DNA of 63,882 nucleotides, counting the filler, from Octopus bimaculoides (lineage: Eukaryota), in assembly GCF_001194135.2 (NCBI RefSeq). It is 7 parts of 7 records of this genome, joined end to end, with 100 filler letters (N's around TTAATTAATTAA, not from the genome) between each part and the next. Parts side by side here need not be neighbours in the genome. Positions count along the whole stretch, not along the records: positions 35,479 to 49,043 come from NC_069006.1; positions 49,144 to 60,360 come from NC_068997.1; 5 more parts are not named here. One strand, written 5' to 3'. The translations under genes and the position numbers were made by a program. This document shows positions 46,236 to 60,360 of the stretch, piece by piece; position 1 is the stretch's first letter; the number at the start of each line of letters is the position of its first letter. Below the pieces are notes generated by a model. That model had not been told where the DNA came from. It was given only the letters and a program-made list of their open reading frames with translations, and made no database searches.

Positions 46236-48399
46236 CGTGGAATAGGAAAATACAACACTATGACAGTAGCCATGAGTGTAGGTTATGAAAAAAACGTAAG
46301 TGTAAATCGTATGAGTGACAGATGAGAGAATGACAGAGCAATTATAAGAAGAGGCGAATATGAATCGTGTGTGGAGATACGGAGTGCAAAGTACCAAAGG
46401 TAGAGAGGTCAGGCGTTTTAAATTAACAGAAAATTAGAGAATGAATTAACAAAGTAGGAAGGGGTTTCAAATACAACCAATGATATCTTGGAAATAAATT
46501 GGGTGTGGAACGGGGTTTTTAAATATTAGGATATTAAGAGACATGGGTATGTGATAAACTTGTCTCATCGGGACATAATTGGTTCGCATGGAACGGGAAC
46601 TAGTCCCATGCGAATTGAATTGGAGATTCTGGGAAGAAACAAAACGAAGAATGGAGTAGTCAATTATATTATATTATATTAGAATATCACGGAGAAAGGC
46701 AATGGGATATCAATGAAGCAGAAAGAGAAATGAAGAAGGGTGAAAATGCAAAGTAAAATAATTTAAAAAAGTCGGATATAGTATATTGAAGAAAATGGGT
46801 TGTGATGTCATGCATGAAGAAATTGACTATGAAGGGAAATGACATGCGCATTGTTACACGTGACTGATGCAGAGTTTGATAGGTAAGCACACACATACGT
46901 GCACGTGCACGCACACACATGCACTCACACACACACACACGCACGCACGTGTCTATATATTTGTGTGGACATATATATATATATAGATACAAACACTCCA
47001 AAAACATAAATCATAACATCTTGATGCAAATGTCAATATGTATGTTTGTATACGTATATACATATATGCATATGTATGTTCATATATATATATATATATA
47101 TATATANNNNNNNNNNNNNNNNNNNNNNNNNNNNNNNNNNNNNNNNNNNNNNNNNNNNNNNNNNNNNNNNNNNNNNNNNNNNNNNNNNNNNNNNNNNNNN
47201 NNNNNNNNNNNNNNNNNNNNNNNNNNNNNNNNNNNNNNNNNNNNNNNNNNNNNNNNNNNNNNNNNNNNNNNNNNNNNNNNNNNNNNNNNNNNNNNNNNNN
47301 NNNNNNNNNNNNNNNNNNNNNNNNNNNNNNNNNNNNNNNNNNNNNNNNNNNNNNNNNNNNNNNNNNNNNNNNNNNNNNNNNNNNNNNNNNNNNNNNNNNN
47401 NNNNNNNNNNNNNNNNNNNNNNNNNNNNNNNNNNNNNNNNNNNNNNNNNNNNNNNNNNNNNNNNNNNNNNNNNNNNNNNNNNNNNNNNNNNNNNNNNNNN
47501 NNNNNNNNNNNNNNNNNNNNNNNNNNNNNNNNNNNNNNNNNNNNNNNNNNNNNNNNNNNNNNNNNNNNNNNNNNNNNNNNNNNNNNNNNNNNNNNNNNNN
47601 NNNNNNNNNNNNNNNNNNNNNNNNNNNNNNNNNNNNNNNNNNNNNNNNNNNNNNNNNNNNNNNNNNNNNNNNNNNNNNNNNNNNNNNNNNNNNNNNNNNN
47701 NNNNNNNNNNNNNNNNNNNNNNNNNNNNNNNNNNNNNNNNNNNNNNNNNNNNNNNNNNNNNNNNNNNNNNNNNNNNNNNNNNNNNNNNNNNNNNNNNNNN
47801 NNNNNNNNNNNNNNNNNNNNNNNNNNNNNNNNNNNNNNNNNNNNNNNNNNNNNNNNNNNNNNNNNNNNNNNNNNNNNNNNNNNNNNNNNNNNNNNNNNNN
47901 NNNNNNNNNNNNNNNNNNNNNNNNNNNNNNNNNNNNNNNNNNNNNNNNNNNNNNNNNNNNNNNNNNNNNNNNNNNNNNNNNNNNNNNNNNNNNNNNNNNN
48001 NNNNNNNNNNNNNNNNNNNNNNNNNNNNNNNNNNNNNNAAAATATGCATACAAACGTGCATATATACGTATATGTCTTGCGTCTATTATCAACAACAAAC
48101 ACTTCGCTGCCGCTCATCACCACCAACACCACACCTTTATCACATTATCACCATTATCTCACCACCACCACCACCACGACAACAACAACGACAACAAACC
48201 AACAGCAACAGGCCCAATTTCATAAACTACTTTCTCTGCCGATACTTTAATGAAAGACATCCATTGACCGCCAGCTCACAACCAGCCTGCAGCTGTTCAC
48301 CATTAACTCACCTAATATCTCTAACATTTCATAAACTCTTTTAGCCGCCATCTTGATTTTCATGTTTTACTTTTACTTTTCCACACCTTCCGATTCTCC

Positions 48400-48826
48400 A
48401 TCTTTCTTCTCCTCCCTCTTATTTTCCTCCCTCTTATCTTCCCCTCATCCTCACCCTCTTCGTTTTGTTCTTCCTACTCCTCTTCTTCTCCCTTCCTGCT
48501 TCTTCTTTTCCTTTCCTCCCTTCTGTTCTTCATTTCTTCTCCTCCCCCCTCTTCTCCCTCTTCTACATTAGCTTCCTTCTTTTTCTCCTTCATTTTCACC
48601 TCTTCGTTATCTGCTCCCCCTCTTCTTCTTTCTCTTCTACCTCCTCCTCCTCCTCCCCATACTTCTCTCTCTTTTCCCCCCACTTCTCCTTTCGTTGTCT
48701 TTAAATAATATTATTACAATTATCGTTATTATTATTACTACTACAGCGACTACTATTATTATTAATAACACTTCCTTAAGTTTTAGTTGTTATTGTTATT
48801 ATTGTTGTTATTATTATTACTATTAC

Positions 48827-48874
<48 letters not shown>

Positions 48875-48882
48875 TATCATCA

Positions 48883-48929
<47 letters not shown>

Positions 48930-48976
48930 GTTATTATTACTATTACAATCATCATCATCATCATCATCATCATTAC

Positions 48977-49031
<55 letters not shown>

Positions 49032-49043
49032 TATTAATGCTAT
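48400..49043. repeat. CT-rich low-complexity tract followed by (ATT)n/(ATC)n
   Basis: Direct reading. Confidence 0.9.
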
Positions 49044-49805
49044 NNNNNNNNNNNNNNNNNNNNNNNNNNNNNNNNNNNNNNNNNNNNTTAATTAATTAAN
49101 NNNNNNNNNNNNNNNNNNNNNNNNNNNNNNNNNNNNNNNNNNNATATTTATATTTATATGTATATGTGCAAATATGCATGCATAACTCATATGTACACAA
49201 ACACACAATTTCTCAGAATAGCGAAAATGATCATTTATCAATTATCATTATAAATATAAAAAAATTTATAATAATTAAATATGAGCAATTTAATTACAAA
49301 TATGAATTATTATTGGCATTAACTTCTTCCACGATTTATGTCCTACAAAACAGATATAGCGTACCACATGACTATTAGTTTTTTTATTATTATTATTATT
49401 TTATATTCTATTTTTTTTTTATTCCTTTGTTGGTATTATTTGTTTATTATTTCCTATTCATTTCACCATTTGATTCATTCCTAACGTCGATATATTTGTT
49501 TTAACCATTCCACAGTAAATTTATTACTTGTATATTATTTATTATAGAGAAACGCATGGATTTACATACACATGTTTTAATGTTTTCTTTAATTAAATGT
49601 GCATTTGAAAAACGAGCATTTGATTATGTATGAGTATTCACATATGTTTATAAACTTATAGATATGTTTAGCGCAACATGCAGGCATATGCATCTTTCAA
49701 AATATCTGTGTCAGCATATTTATCTGTCTGTCTGTCTCTCTCTCCCTGTCTCTATATGCATATATATGCACACCTACGCACATATCTATATGTATATATA
49801 TATAT

Positions 49806-49911
<106 letters not shown>

Positions 49912-49997
49912 ATGTATGCATATGTATTCATATATATACATACATATATATATATACATATATAAATATATGTATATGTATTTATATGTAGATGTCT

Positions 49998-50039
<42 letters not shown>

Positions 50040-50688
50040 NNNNNNNNNNNNNNNNNNNNNNNNNNNNNNNNNNNNNNNNNNNNNNNNNNNNNNNNNNNNN
50101 NNNNNNNNNNNNNNNNNNNNNNNNNNNNNNNNNNNNNNNNNNNNNNNNNNNNNNNNNNNNNNNNNNNNNNNNNNNNNNNNNNNNNNNNNNNNNNNNNNNN
50201 NNNNNNNNNNNNNNNNNNNNNNNNNNNNNNNNNNNNNNNNNNNNNNNNNNNNNNNNNNNNNNNNNNNNNNNNNNNNNNNNNNNNNNNNNNNNNNNNNNNN
50301 NNNNNNNNNNNNNNNNNNNNNNNNNNNNTATATATATATTCATATATCCATACATATGTTCATACATGCGTGTGTGTGTGCATGTCTTTGTGAGCATGTG
50401 TGTGTGAGTGTAATGTAAATATGTAGATATCCATCTATATAACTGCATTCCAGATGCTGTCTCGGCAATATGCTTTAACCTTTTCCATATGCTCCTCACA
50501 TTGAAGGACTTTACGTATATTTTAAGAACAACATATTGGCTAAAAATACGTAGAAACCGCAGATGAATTATCGTAAGTTCTTAGTCATCTCATGCCATCT
50601 TAATTTCTGTGATTGAGAGTTAACTAGGCAACTTGCCTGGTCTGTGTCTTTATCTAACTACCTATTTTCCCTTTGGTTTCTATGTATG

Positions 50689-50722
<34 letters not shown>

Positions 50723-51037
50723 TGTATGTATGTATGTATGTATGTATGTACGTATGTATGCACGTATGTGTGTACACGTGGACCGGGGACTACAGCTGCT
50801 GCTGCGTATAGTTACTGACACAGTAAGAGAGAGGGAGAGCGAGAGTGAGAAGGAGAGCGAGAGTGAGAAGGAGAGAGAGACAGAGAAATAGTGAGTCTAT
50901 GAGATGACGGAGATGGTGATTATTCTTGTACATATCTACTTGTGTATGTATATATGTATGTATGCATGTATGTTATGTATGTATCTATGTATCTATCTAT
51001 CTATCAATATATACACAAACGCGAATATATAAAAACT

Positions 51038-51112
51038 CACACGCGTACACACACGCGTACACACACGCGTACACACACGCGTACACACACGCGTACACTC
51101 ACGCGTACACAC
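51038..51112. repeat. 12-nt tandem repeat ACACACACGCGT, about 6 copies
   Basis: Direct reading. Confidence 0.9.
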
Positions 51113-51265
51113 AGGTTCACATCACCTACTTACACATATATTCACATATACATTTATATATGTATATACACATATATATATTTATATATGTATATACACA
51201 TATATATGCATGTATATATATATATATAAATGTAAGTATGCATATGCATACGTACCTACATACAT

Positions 51266-51316
<51 letters not shown>

Positions 51317-51518
51317 CATGTGTAGTTAGGTATTCATATATATTTAAAGATATATATGTATATGTATGTATTTTCTTGTGTTTATATTTATATATACTTA
51401 TTTTTATGTATATGTATATATATGTGTGTGTGTGTGTGTATATATGCATCTATGATTCTATCTCTGTCTATCTATTTGTCTCTCTATCTATGTATATGTC
51501 TGTCTGTCTGTCCGTTTG

Positions 51519-51552
<34 letters not shown>

Positions 51553-51919
51553 CATCTATCTATCTATCTATCTATTATATATTCACAAATATAAACACAT
51601 ATCTGTCTACGCAGCTATATATGCTTATACATGGCCAGCTAGATGGACAATCATACACACCAGTGAAATGACAATATGAGGGATTTACATATCAATATAT
51701 ATGTATCATCTGTTGATAACATTATTTACAAAAACATATTTATCAATATTAATGTGTCATTCTTTTAGAATTTATATTTACAATCTGAATAGATAATATC
51801 TTTATTTCATTGTCTACTAATTATTGCTGATTTCTGCCTGTTTTAAAAATAATTATGAAGTATTTTTACAAATTAATTACATTGCTAAAAATGAAGTGCC
51901 ATCTTTTAACCTCGCCGCC

Positions 51920-52658
51920 GACAAAGTAGAATAGAAACAATATTTGTTGAAGAATTTATGAATATAATTAATCTGTGGCGTGCCGAGCACGATGATCTTA
52001 ATTAAGAAAGTCTTTGCGAGTAACTATGACGGCAGGGTGGGTATAATCATTGCTTAAGTTTCCTGAAGAAACCAAACAAAATTAAGGAGGAAAATTTGGT
52101 ATAAAGAAAGCAAAAATGATATTGTTTGAGACTGCACTTTTCTAATTAATTTATAAAGGAAAAAAGTTGCGCTTCTCCAAGAATCATTAAAATAACGTTG
52201 TATTGAACTAAGTGTGATATAATGTAAGAGAATCGGAAATTATTTCGGTTGATTATATCTTAAGCAGGGCCATCGTAGCAGCAATATAGTCTCTCGAACA
52301 AACCAATACATTGGGCCCAATGGGTTTTTTGTTTGTATGTTTTGTTTTTAACGGCTAGCCACAGTAAACACTGATCAGAAATTGGGCACATCATTACCCT
52401 GGAGGAAATCAACGCATTCGGCAGTATAGTATTTATTAATTGATAGTAAGCCATTTCGGACATAAACCAATATTCGGCCCATAGTCTTGGTGGGTTTTTT
52501 TCGGGAATCTTCAACAATGCTTACACCACCCCTCCGTCATAAGTGCTGGTAAATACTTCATTAATTAAGATCATCGTACTAGCCACGCTACACATTAGTT
52601 ATTTTCGTAAATTTTTCAAAGAATATCATCTCTATTCTACAGTGTTGTCCATGCCCTG
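51920..52658. mobile_element. Non-autonomous DNA element with ~140-bp imperfect TIRs
   Basis: The left arm GTAGAATAGAAAC...ACGATGATCTTAATTAA...ATGACGGCAGGGTGG aligns with the reverse complement of about 52507-52650. No transposase motif inside and no clear TSD. Confidence 0.7.
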
Positions 52659-53592
52659 TGTGTCTATGCCTTAAGACAAATTTGATCTTAGATAGCCATT
52701 GTAACTCTGCTTAATGTTTTGCTAAAGTGTTTATTACTTAAACCCTTTTGTCAATGTGGGAAGAGTAGGTCTGTACCACTTTTTAGTTTTACATGGTCCC
52801 CTAAAATTGCAGGAAGACAGTAATCATCTTGAAACCAGAAACTTATCCTGAATACTTGCAAAGGAACGAATACCGCCATTGACAAACAAGGTAATCACAG
52901 TCAATGAATATCTGATATTATTTACTCCAGATGGTTACCATCTCTATCTACTAACTGCTTCTGTGATGTTTACTAAGAGCCGGTGAGGGAGCTTCTATGT
53001 GAATACTCGATCTGTAAAAAGTAGTAGCCAAATTCATCTCAAATTACTCTAGGTGCACATTGGATAACACAGATTTAAAAATATGGAAGGAGACAGTAAA
53101 CCTAGGGTTAAAGAGCAACAATTCACAGAATATTAGATTCAGTTCATCTCAGTTAGAAACGCAATGATTTCTAGCTTATTAGGGAGCGTCTATGCAGCCG
53201 TTCATTCTACTTCAAGTAGCAAGCGTATCCCCATCAGACCAAATCTCTTAATGTGTTTAGTGTGGACTGTGCTCGAAGAATAATGACAGGATGATCGTGG
53301 CTGCAATGCTTTTGATCATAGATCAAGATCTGTTTAATCATTGAAAATCCGTTACCAAACACCACCATCACCACCACCACCACCACCACCAACAGCACCA
53401 GTAATTAGAGACTCACACGTAGATGGATTCAATCATTGTCTTCAATCAACACCAACCTTTGAGATTAATATCATTTATACGGAAAAAATAAAGTTTTTCA
53501 GTAATCAGAAAAAAATAAACAAGAAAAGCTGTACCAAGTACAGTTAAATATGGTGCAATTCCTACAGCTAGAGACATGTTATTCCACACACA

Positions 53593-53658
<66 letters not shown>

Positions 53659-54314
53659 NNNNNNNNNNGTTTCTAACATAATGATAATTATCTAAATACC
53701 AGTGTTGTGTTCATCTTCCTGTTATTACCGTGGCTGCTGTAACCACTATAAAGAATATTTCCTAAACCAAAATCTACAGACTTCTTCAAAGCCATCTCCT
53801 TAAGCACCACCTGGAAGAGCAATTATCCAAAATAAAACTAGTATTATTCCTCCGAATCTCAATAATAATGATAATAATAATAATAATAATAATAATAATA
53901 TTAATTATTATTATTATTATAATAACGACAACAACAACCTGCCTATCATTTTTATCTACACCTGTGTCGTATTGTTCAGCTTAAATGCTAGGATATCTTG
54001 CTAATTTCCTTGTCCCCGTCTCTACAAAGAGAAAGGTTAGTCAGTAGCTAGCAAAATTAGAGGGAAACATCGAAATATATCGTTATGAGGAGGAGATGAA
54101 TGCGGTGATATCTAGGTAGAAGTTGCGGTGGGTATAGAATGCTAAATCCTCACATTTTATTGAACATTCCTTAAACGTACTGAAAAGCATTCTTTTCCAA
54201 AAGATAAGAAATGATGTATCTCGTCCTTACTTTCATATAAATATAGCAGCACATTTTCCCGGGACTTCTCTTTATTGTTCCAGATGAACTATCAGACACT
54301 CACATATATATATA

Positions 54315-54715
54315 TGGTCTTGTGGTTAAGAAGCTTCCTTTGTAACTACAAGATTTAGGTTCAGCCTCACTTTCGCCAAGTATCTTCTATTATAATCCGG
54401 GTTGACCAAAGCATTGTGAGCGAATTTAGTTGTCGGAAACTGTGAAAGTGCGTTGTATATGCGTGCGTATGTTTTTGTGTTTGTTCCACCTCGCTGCTTG
54501 ACAACTCCTGTTGGTTTCTTTACGTCCCACTGCTTGACAACTAGTGTTGGTTCCTTTACGTCCCACTAACTTGGTGATTCGGAAAAAAAGTGACCGATAT
54601 ACTTCATACCAGAATTGAGAAATAAGTACAGGATTCGAATTGTTAAAAATAAACACTTTAAGGCGGTACCCTAACGTGGCCACAGTTCGGTGCCTGAAAC
54701 AATATAAAAATGTTG
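54315..54715 (+). mobile_element. SINE family 1, degenerate, with an internal duplication of about 37 bp
   Basis: Head, CORE-like segment and tail present. CTGCTTGACAACT...CTTTACGTCCCACT occurs twice. Confidence 0.75.
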
Positions 54716-54866
54716 TTTGTTGGCACTCCGTCGCGGGTTTCAGTTGATCCGATCAACGGAAGAGCCTGCGCTCCATAAATTCTCAAAACGCCCGGTCTGG
54801 GAATCGAAACCGCGATCCTTTAACTGCGATTCCGCTGCCCTAACCACTGGGCCATTGCGCCTCCAC
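54716..54866 (-). mobile_element. Young tRNA-derived SINE (family 2 head)
   Basis: Minus strand GGAGGCGCAATGGCCCAGTGGTTAGGG (A-box) and GGTTTCGATTCC (B-box). No cloverleaf 3' stem, so not a tRNA gene. Confidence 0.8.
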
Positions 54867-55526
54867 AGAATATAACGATAAACTTCCTTCAAATCTCTTC
54901 AGAACGAGTACGGAGTGCTTTCACTATCGTAGTTCTAGCAACGCAGTTTATCAGCTTTCACAGTTTCTCAAAAGTATACGATAGCAAATTCGTGAAAACT
55001 ATGGCTATTTCTTCAAGTGTCACACTTCCCTAACCCTGCTGCCATTCGGTCAACAACAACAACGCCTACGTTGAAGAGTTATGGAAGTCGAGGGTATCAA
55101 GTTTCTCTTTAACTCTTGAACATGATTCAATTCTGTCATCATGGTGTTTTTATAATTGTCCACCACACTATCATGTTTCTATATACTACATCTTTCCCTC
55201 ATTCCGTTTCACTTGTGCCACAACATTCCAAGCAGTAGCATAACAATATAACATCTGCTATTCCGATTTTGTGCCGTCTTTTGACTGAATTCCGCCATGA
55301 AGGAGTTAGGCTCATTAAGTTGATGCGATGAAAACAGAGAGGTTCGTAAATTTAGATAAAATTGTTGCGAGGAAAAAGTAAAAAGGAAAGCGCTGAACTT
55401 CGTCTGGAAGTGGAAAAAACCTTTTCACTGACATAGGCCAGTTCTATATCTCACGAATTATGTGTGCATGTGTGTGATTATATTTTTTCAAGTCTTGCTG
55501 ATGCAGTGCTATCTGATTATTGCCTG

Positions 55527-55594
<68 letters not shown>

Positions 55595-55980
55595 GAGAGA
55601 GAGAGAGGGGGGGGTCACTAAAGTGACTAAATACACTACTCAGCGCCAGTATTGCTGAAAATGAGTCAAAACAATTCATAGTCAAAGAAAGCACTTATCA
55701 TTATGACTGACAAGGGAGGCAAGCTCTCTACTTTCGAGGCATAGCCAGATCACTAGTGATCTCTCATTTGATTAATGCACGTCAGTGGCTTTTATCTGGC
55801 CTAGGGTTAAGCTCGCTCGCCTTGTCAGTTTATAAGACTACCGTAGTAGTTGCGCGCTGATTTCAAATATGGTAAAAGTGAAAATTATAAATAGTAAACC
55901 TGGCTTATTCACAATTTACAACCGAAAAGCAGAAATATTGACGTCATTTCTGCCTTTCGACTCTAAATTGCGAATAAGCC

Positions 55981-56015
<35 letters not shown>

Positions 56016-57923
56016 ATAATTAAGGGATCAGCAAACATTTGCTTCACCACATACCGAAGTTCAGAAATAGCAGCTAAAAAAGCTGAGACTCCAACAGATA
56101 GCATTACTTGTAACTCACTAACTTTAATTGTAATAATTATTCACTCCCTGATAGTAAACGCAAATTTTCTGCGGTATTGCTTGTAACGCACATGGTAATT
56201 TCTTGAGGAGGAAATAGTGGACTGGCTGGCCGAGGTAGGTTCGGTTATGCTTGCANNNNNNNNNNNNNNNNNNNNNNNNNNNNNNNNNNNNNNNNNNNNN
56301 NNNNNNNNNNNNNNNNNNNNNNNNNNNNNNNNNNNNNNNNNNNNNNNNNNNNNNNNNNNNNNNNNNNNNNNNNNNNNNNNNNNNNNNNNNNNNNNNNNNN
56401 NNNNNNNNNNNNNNNNNNNNNNNNNNNNNNNNNNNNNNNNNNNNNNNNNNNNNNNNNNNNNNNNNNNNNNNNNNNNNNNNNNNNNNNNNNNNNNNNNNNN
56501 NNNNNNNNNNNNNNNNNNNNNNNNNNNNNNNNNNNNNNNNNNNNNNNNNNNNNNNNNNNNNNNNNNNNNNNNNNNNNNNNNNNNNNNNNNNNNNNNNNNN
56601 NNNNNNNNNNNNNNNNNNNNNNNNNNNNNNNNNNNNNNNNNNNNNNNNNNNNNNNNNNNNNNNNNNNNNNNNNNNNNNNNNNNNNNNNNNNNNNNNNNNN
56701 NNNNNNNNNNNNNNNNNNNNNNNNNNNNNNNNNNNNNNNNNNNNNNNNNNNNNNNNNNNNNNNNNNNNNNNNNNNNNNNNNNNNNNNNNNNNNNNNNNNN
56801 NNNNNNNNNNNNNNNNNNNNNNNNNNNNNNNNNNNNNNNNNNNNNNNNNNNNNNNNNNNNNNNNNNNNNNNNNNNNNNNNNNNNNNNNNNNNNNNNNNNN
56901 NNNNNNNNNNNNNNNNNNNNNNNNNNNNNNNNNNNNNNNNNNNNNNNNNNNNNNNNNNNNNNNNNNNNNNNNNNNNNNNNNNNNNNNNNNNNNNNNNNNN
57001 NNNNNNNNNNNNNNNNNNNNNNNNNNNNNNNNNNNNNNNNNNNNNNNNNNNNNNNNNNNNNNNNNNNNNNNNNNNNNNNNNNNNNNNNNTATATACATTC
57101 ACCTCTTTCTCACTCTTCTCTCACTCTCTTTCCCCCTCTCTTTCTCTCTCACCATACACAGACACATTAGTAGGTTAAAGAGTCATCGTTGGTTTCGCAT
57201 CTGTGTGCTTCTTTTTCAGGTGTATGAACTAATGAGGATATATATATATATACATACGATGACTGGCAGTGACTTCGAAATTTTTATCCAAGTGATTAGA
57301 TGTCATAAACAATAGCACACTGCGTTCTACGTTTCCCTTCTCTGCAATTTGGGTTCAAATCTGGCATTTCTGAGTGCATGTGTCTGTGCATCTGTACATA
57401 TGTATGCTTAAACACAGCCATACATACATACATACATACATACATACGTATATACATACATACATACATTAATTCTCGGTGTATTAAGGTGGTGAATTGG
57501 TTTCTGCTGATTTACACGACAGCAAAGAGAATTTTGGCGAAATAAGCTACTAGTAGTAACAACAGCAGTAGTAATAGCAACAATCGTAGCAGTGTTAGCA
57601 GTAGCGATGTAGCCATGTGGTGGTGTGCCTACAAATCAACATTGTAATCACCGCTGTTTGTTCTTGCAATGTAAGCAACATTTAAAAGGAAAAGAAAACA
57701 AAAAAAGATAGACAAAAAAAAAATGAAACGAAGAATTCATTACAGTCTCTTGGGATTGAACTGTAGGTGTCAAAGCCTTCTTCAGAGCCAACAGTTGTAG
57801 ACTATATATACTCATTGTATATCTTGTTACAATCTAACCAGACCAATCCAGTTCTTTGAATTTCATTCATATATCACGAATTTGCTAGCACAGTATTCTT
57901 GTTATTAGATAGATAGATAGAGG

Positions 57924-57979
<56 letters not shown>

Positions 57980-58349
57980 GAGAAATAGAGAGAGAGAGAG
58001 AGTACGGAAGGGGCTTGAAAATTTTGCCGAGACGCATTGAGAGTGGATCTAAAGGCATTCTACTTCTTGAACGCACCCAGAATGAAATAATTAAAATATG
58101 ATAAATCGTCTAACATTGGTAAAGACCAGAGAGTTTTGGGGAAGCAAGGGTAAATTCAATTAAAATAAACACCAATACATGAAAAGTATATATTTGATTA
58201 ATCCCTTTGAATTAATTAAAGCCCGAAGTCGTCTCTAGTTGGTTTTGACGTAGAACTTACTAATACATAGCAATACTGTCGGTTTTGATTAGCTCCAGAT
58301 TCACCTATTACTAAAATCAATAATATTGATGATAATGATGATGATGATG

Positions 58350-58570
58350 ATGATGATGGTTTCATATTTTGGCACAGAGCCATCAGGTTTTGAGGGGAGG
58401 GTAGAAGTCAGTTACATCCACTTTAGGAGTTGACTGGTATTTTATTCTATCGACCTCGAAAGGGTGAGAGCTGAAGTTGGCTTCAGTCGTATTTGAAATT
58501 AGAACGTAAAGAACCGGAAGAAAAGTCCTTAAATATTTTGTTCGACGCTCTGGCGACTACGCAAGCACGC
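58350..58570 (-). mobile_element. SINE family 3, degenerate
   Basis: GACTGGTATTTTATTCTATCGACCTCGAAAGGGTGAGAGCTGAAGTTG...TTTGAAATTAGAACGTAAAG. Confidence 0.65.
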
Positions 58571-58696
58571 AGGGGTACACGGTCTCAAATTGTAATGAGG
58601 AAAAAAAGTTGATAAAAATGAGCTCGGTATTTGACTGGTATATTATATGATCAACCCCGAAAGGATTAAAGTTGATGAAAGATAGAGTTTGAAATC

Positions 58697-58908
58697 GGGA
58701 AACCCTTATTCAGGATGGGCAGAAAATTCTAACTGGGCCTCACCTGCAAGGCCATGCGCTGTTTATTTTGATTACCATGTCGCACACATATGGTCGGGAT
58801 GCATGTGCCTAGTGTACCCTTATCAGACGGGTAGTCATGATGGGTATACTGGGCTTCGTATATTTTGCTCCAGTGTCACTTTGATGGAATGCAGTGCTCT
58901 CTCACTCA
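58697..58908 (+). mobile_element. Copy of the (TAA)n-associated non-coding element
   Basis: Reverse complement of part of 2131-2558, ending CTCTCTCACTC(AAT)n. Confidence 0.8.
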
Positions 58909-58924
58909 ATAATAATAATAATAA

Positions 58925-59130
58925 TAATAATAATCCTTTATACTGTAGGCACAAGGCCTGGATTTTGGCGGGAGGGGGTTAAATCGATTACATCGACCCC
59001 AATGTTTCACTGGTACTTAATTTATCGTCCCCGAAAGGATGAAAGGCAAAGTTGAACTCAAAACATAGGACAGGTGATACATCGTTAAGCATTTCGTCCA
59101 GCGCGCTAATGATTCTGCCAGCTCGCAGCC
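58925..59130 (-). mobile_element. SINE family 3 (Nin/Deu-like domain) with (ATT)n tail
   Basis: Minus strand: head GGCTGCGAGCTGGCAGAATC, then CTTTGCCTTTCATCCTTTCGGGGACGATAAATTAAGTACCAG, then GTGCCTACAGTATAAAGGATTATT. Confidence 0.8.
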
Positions 59131-59605
59131 TTAATATAAATACTAATAATAATAACTAACATTGTAATAATTTCTAACAGACACAAGACCACAAATTGGC
59201 TTGGGAGGGTTTTGTCTATTAGATATCAACCGCAGCACTTGACAAGATCAAAGGCAGACGTCGAACGTTAGTGGGAATTAAATATAGATGTTATAGAGGG
59301 GGAGCAACTACATACCAAGATTCCATTACATATGGCGCTCTTACGATTCTATTTCCCAACGCATATTTACTTAAATGTAATGTAAAAAATAGATACGTTT
59401 CAAAACAAGTCATACACTTTGTTTGATGAAAGTTTATTAACAATTTTAATATGGCGAATGATATAACCAAACTATGTACAATGTCAGATTGTATAGCCGA
59501 ACCGCAACATATTCTTACTATGTCTAAAAACTTAATTCATATATATATATATATGTGTTTGAGTGTGCATGTATATATATGTATGTGTGTGCGTTTGTAT
59601 ATATG

Positions 59606-59671
<66 letters not shown>

Positions 59672-59763
59672 CAGAAAGCAAGTGTAATTGAGTAAAGATT
59701 ACACACACAAACAGGAATATTAATTAATACACTAAACAGAAAGCAGATACACAAACACACACA

Positions 59764-59801
<38 letters not shown>

Positions 59802-60292
59802 CGCGCGCGCACACACTTGCGCGCGCTTGTGCGAAGAGTCTAACATCCAGAAACTTCAACATAATAGGTTTTTATAAAGAAAGAACGTTTATACATATAT
59901 GCCTACATACATACATGCATACATACATACATACATACATAGAATCATACAAACAGACATACTTACGTACACACGCGTGCATGCACATACACACGCACAC
60001 ATCCATGTTTCAATTAGTACATCGAAAAGAGAAGGCCCTTTAGAAACTAAATCCCAAAGCTAATTAAACTGGCGCCCAGACCAATGTCTTGAATGCAACG
60101 GAGCACAATGTTTTACATCAAATTACATATGTAAGCAGACGCATATATGTATGTATCTACGTGATTGTGCGTATATATGTATGCGCCGCGTGTATGTGTG
60201 TCTCTGTGTATATATGTATATATATGTGTGTGTGTATGTATATGTATGTATTATAAATATATATCTAAATATGTATATATATGTGTATATAT

Positions 60293-60360
<68 letters not shown>

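Noticed and set aside
46583-46614. 9-bp hairpin TTCGCATGG/CCATGCGAA
   Set aside because: Isolated and short, compatible with chance in 64 kb.
54800-54866. Possible tRNA gene
   Set aside because: It has A and B boxes but no acceptor-stem closure and continues into a SINE body.
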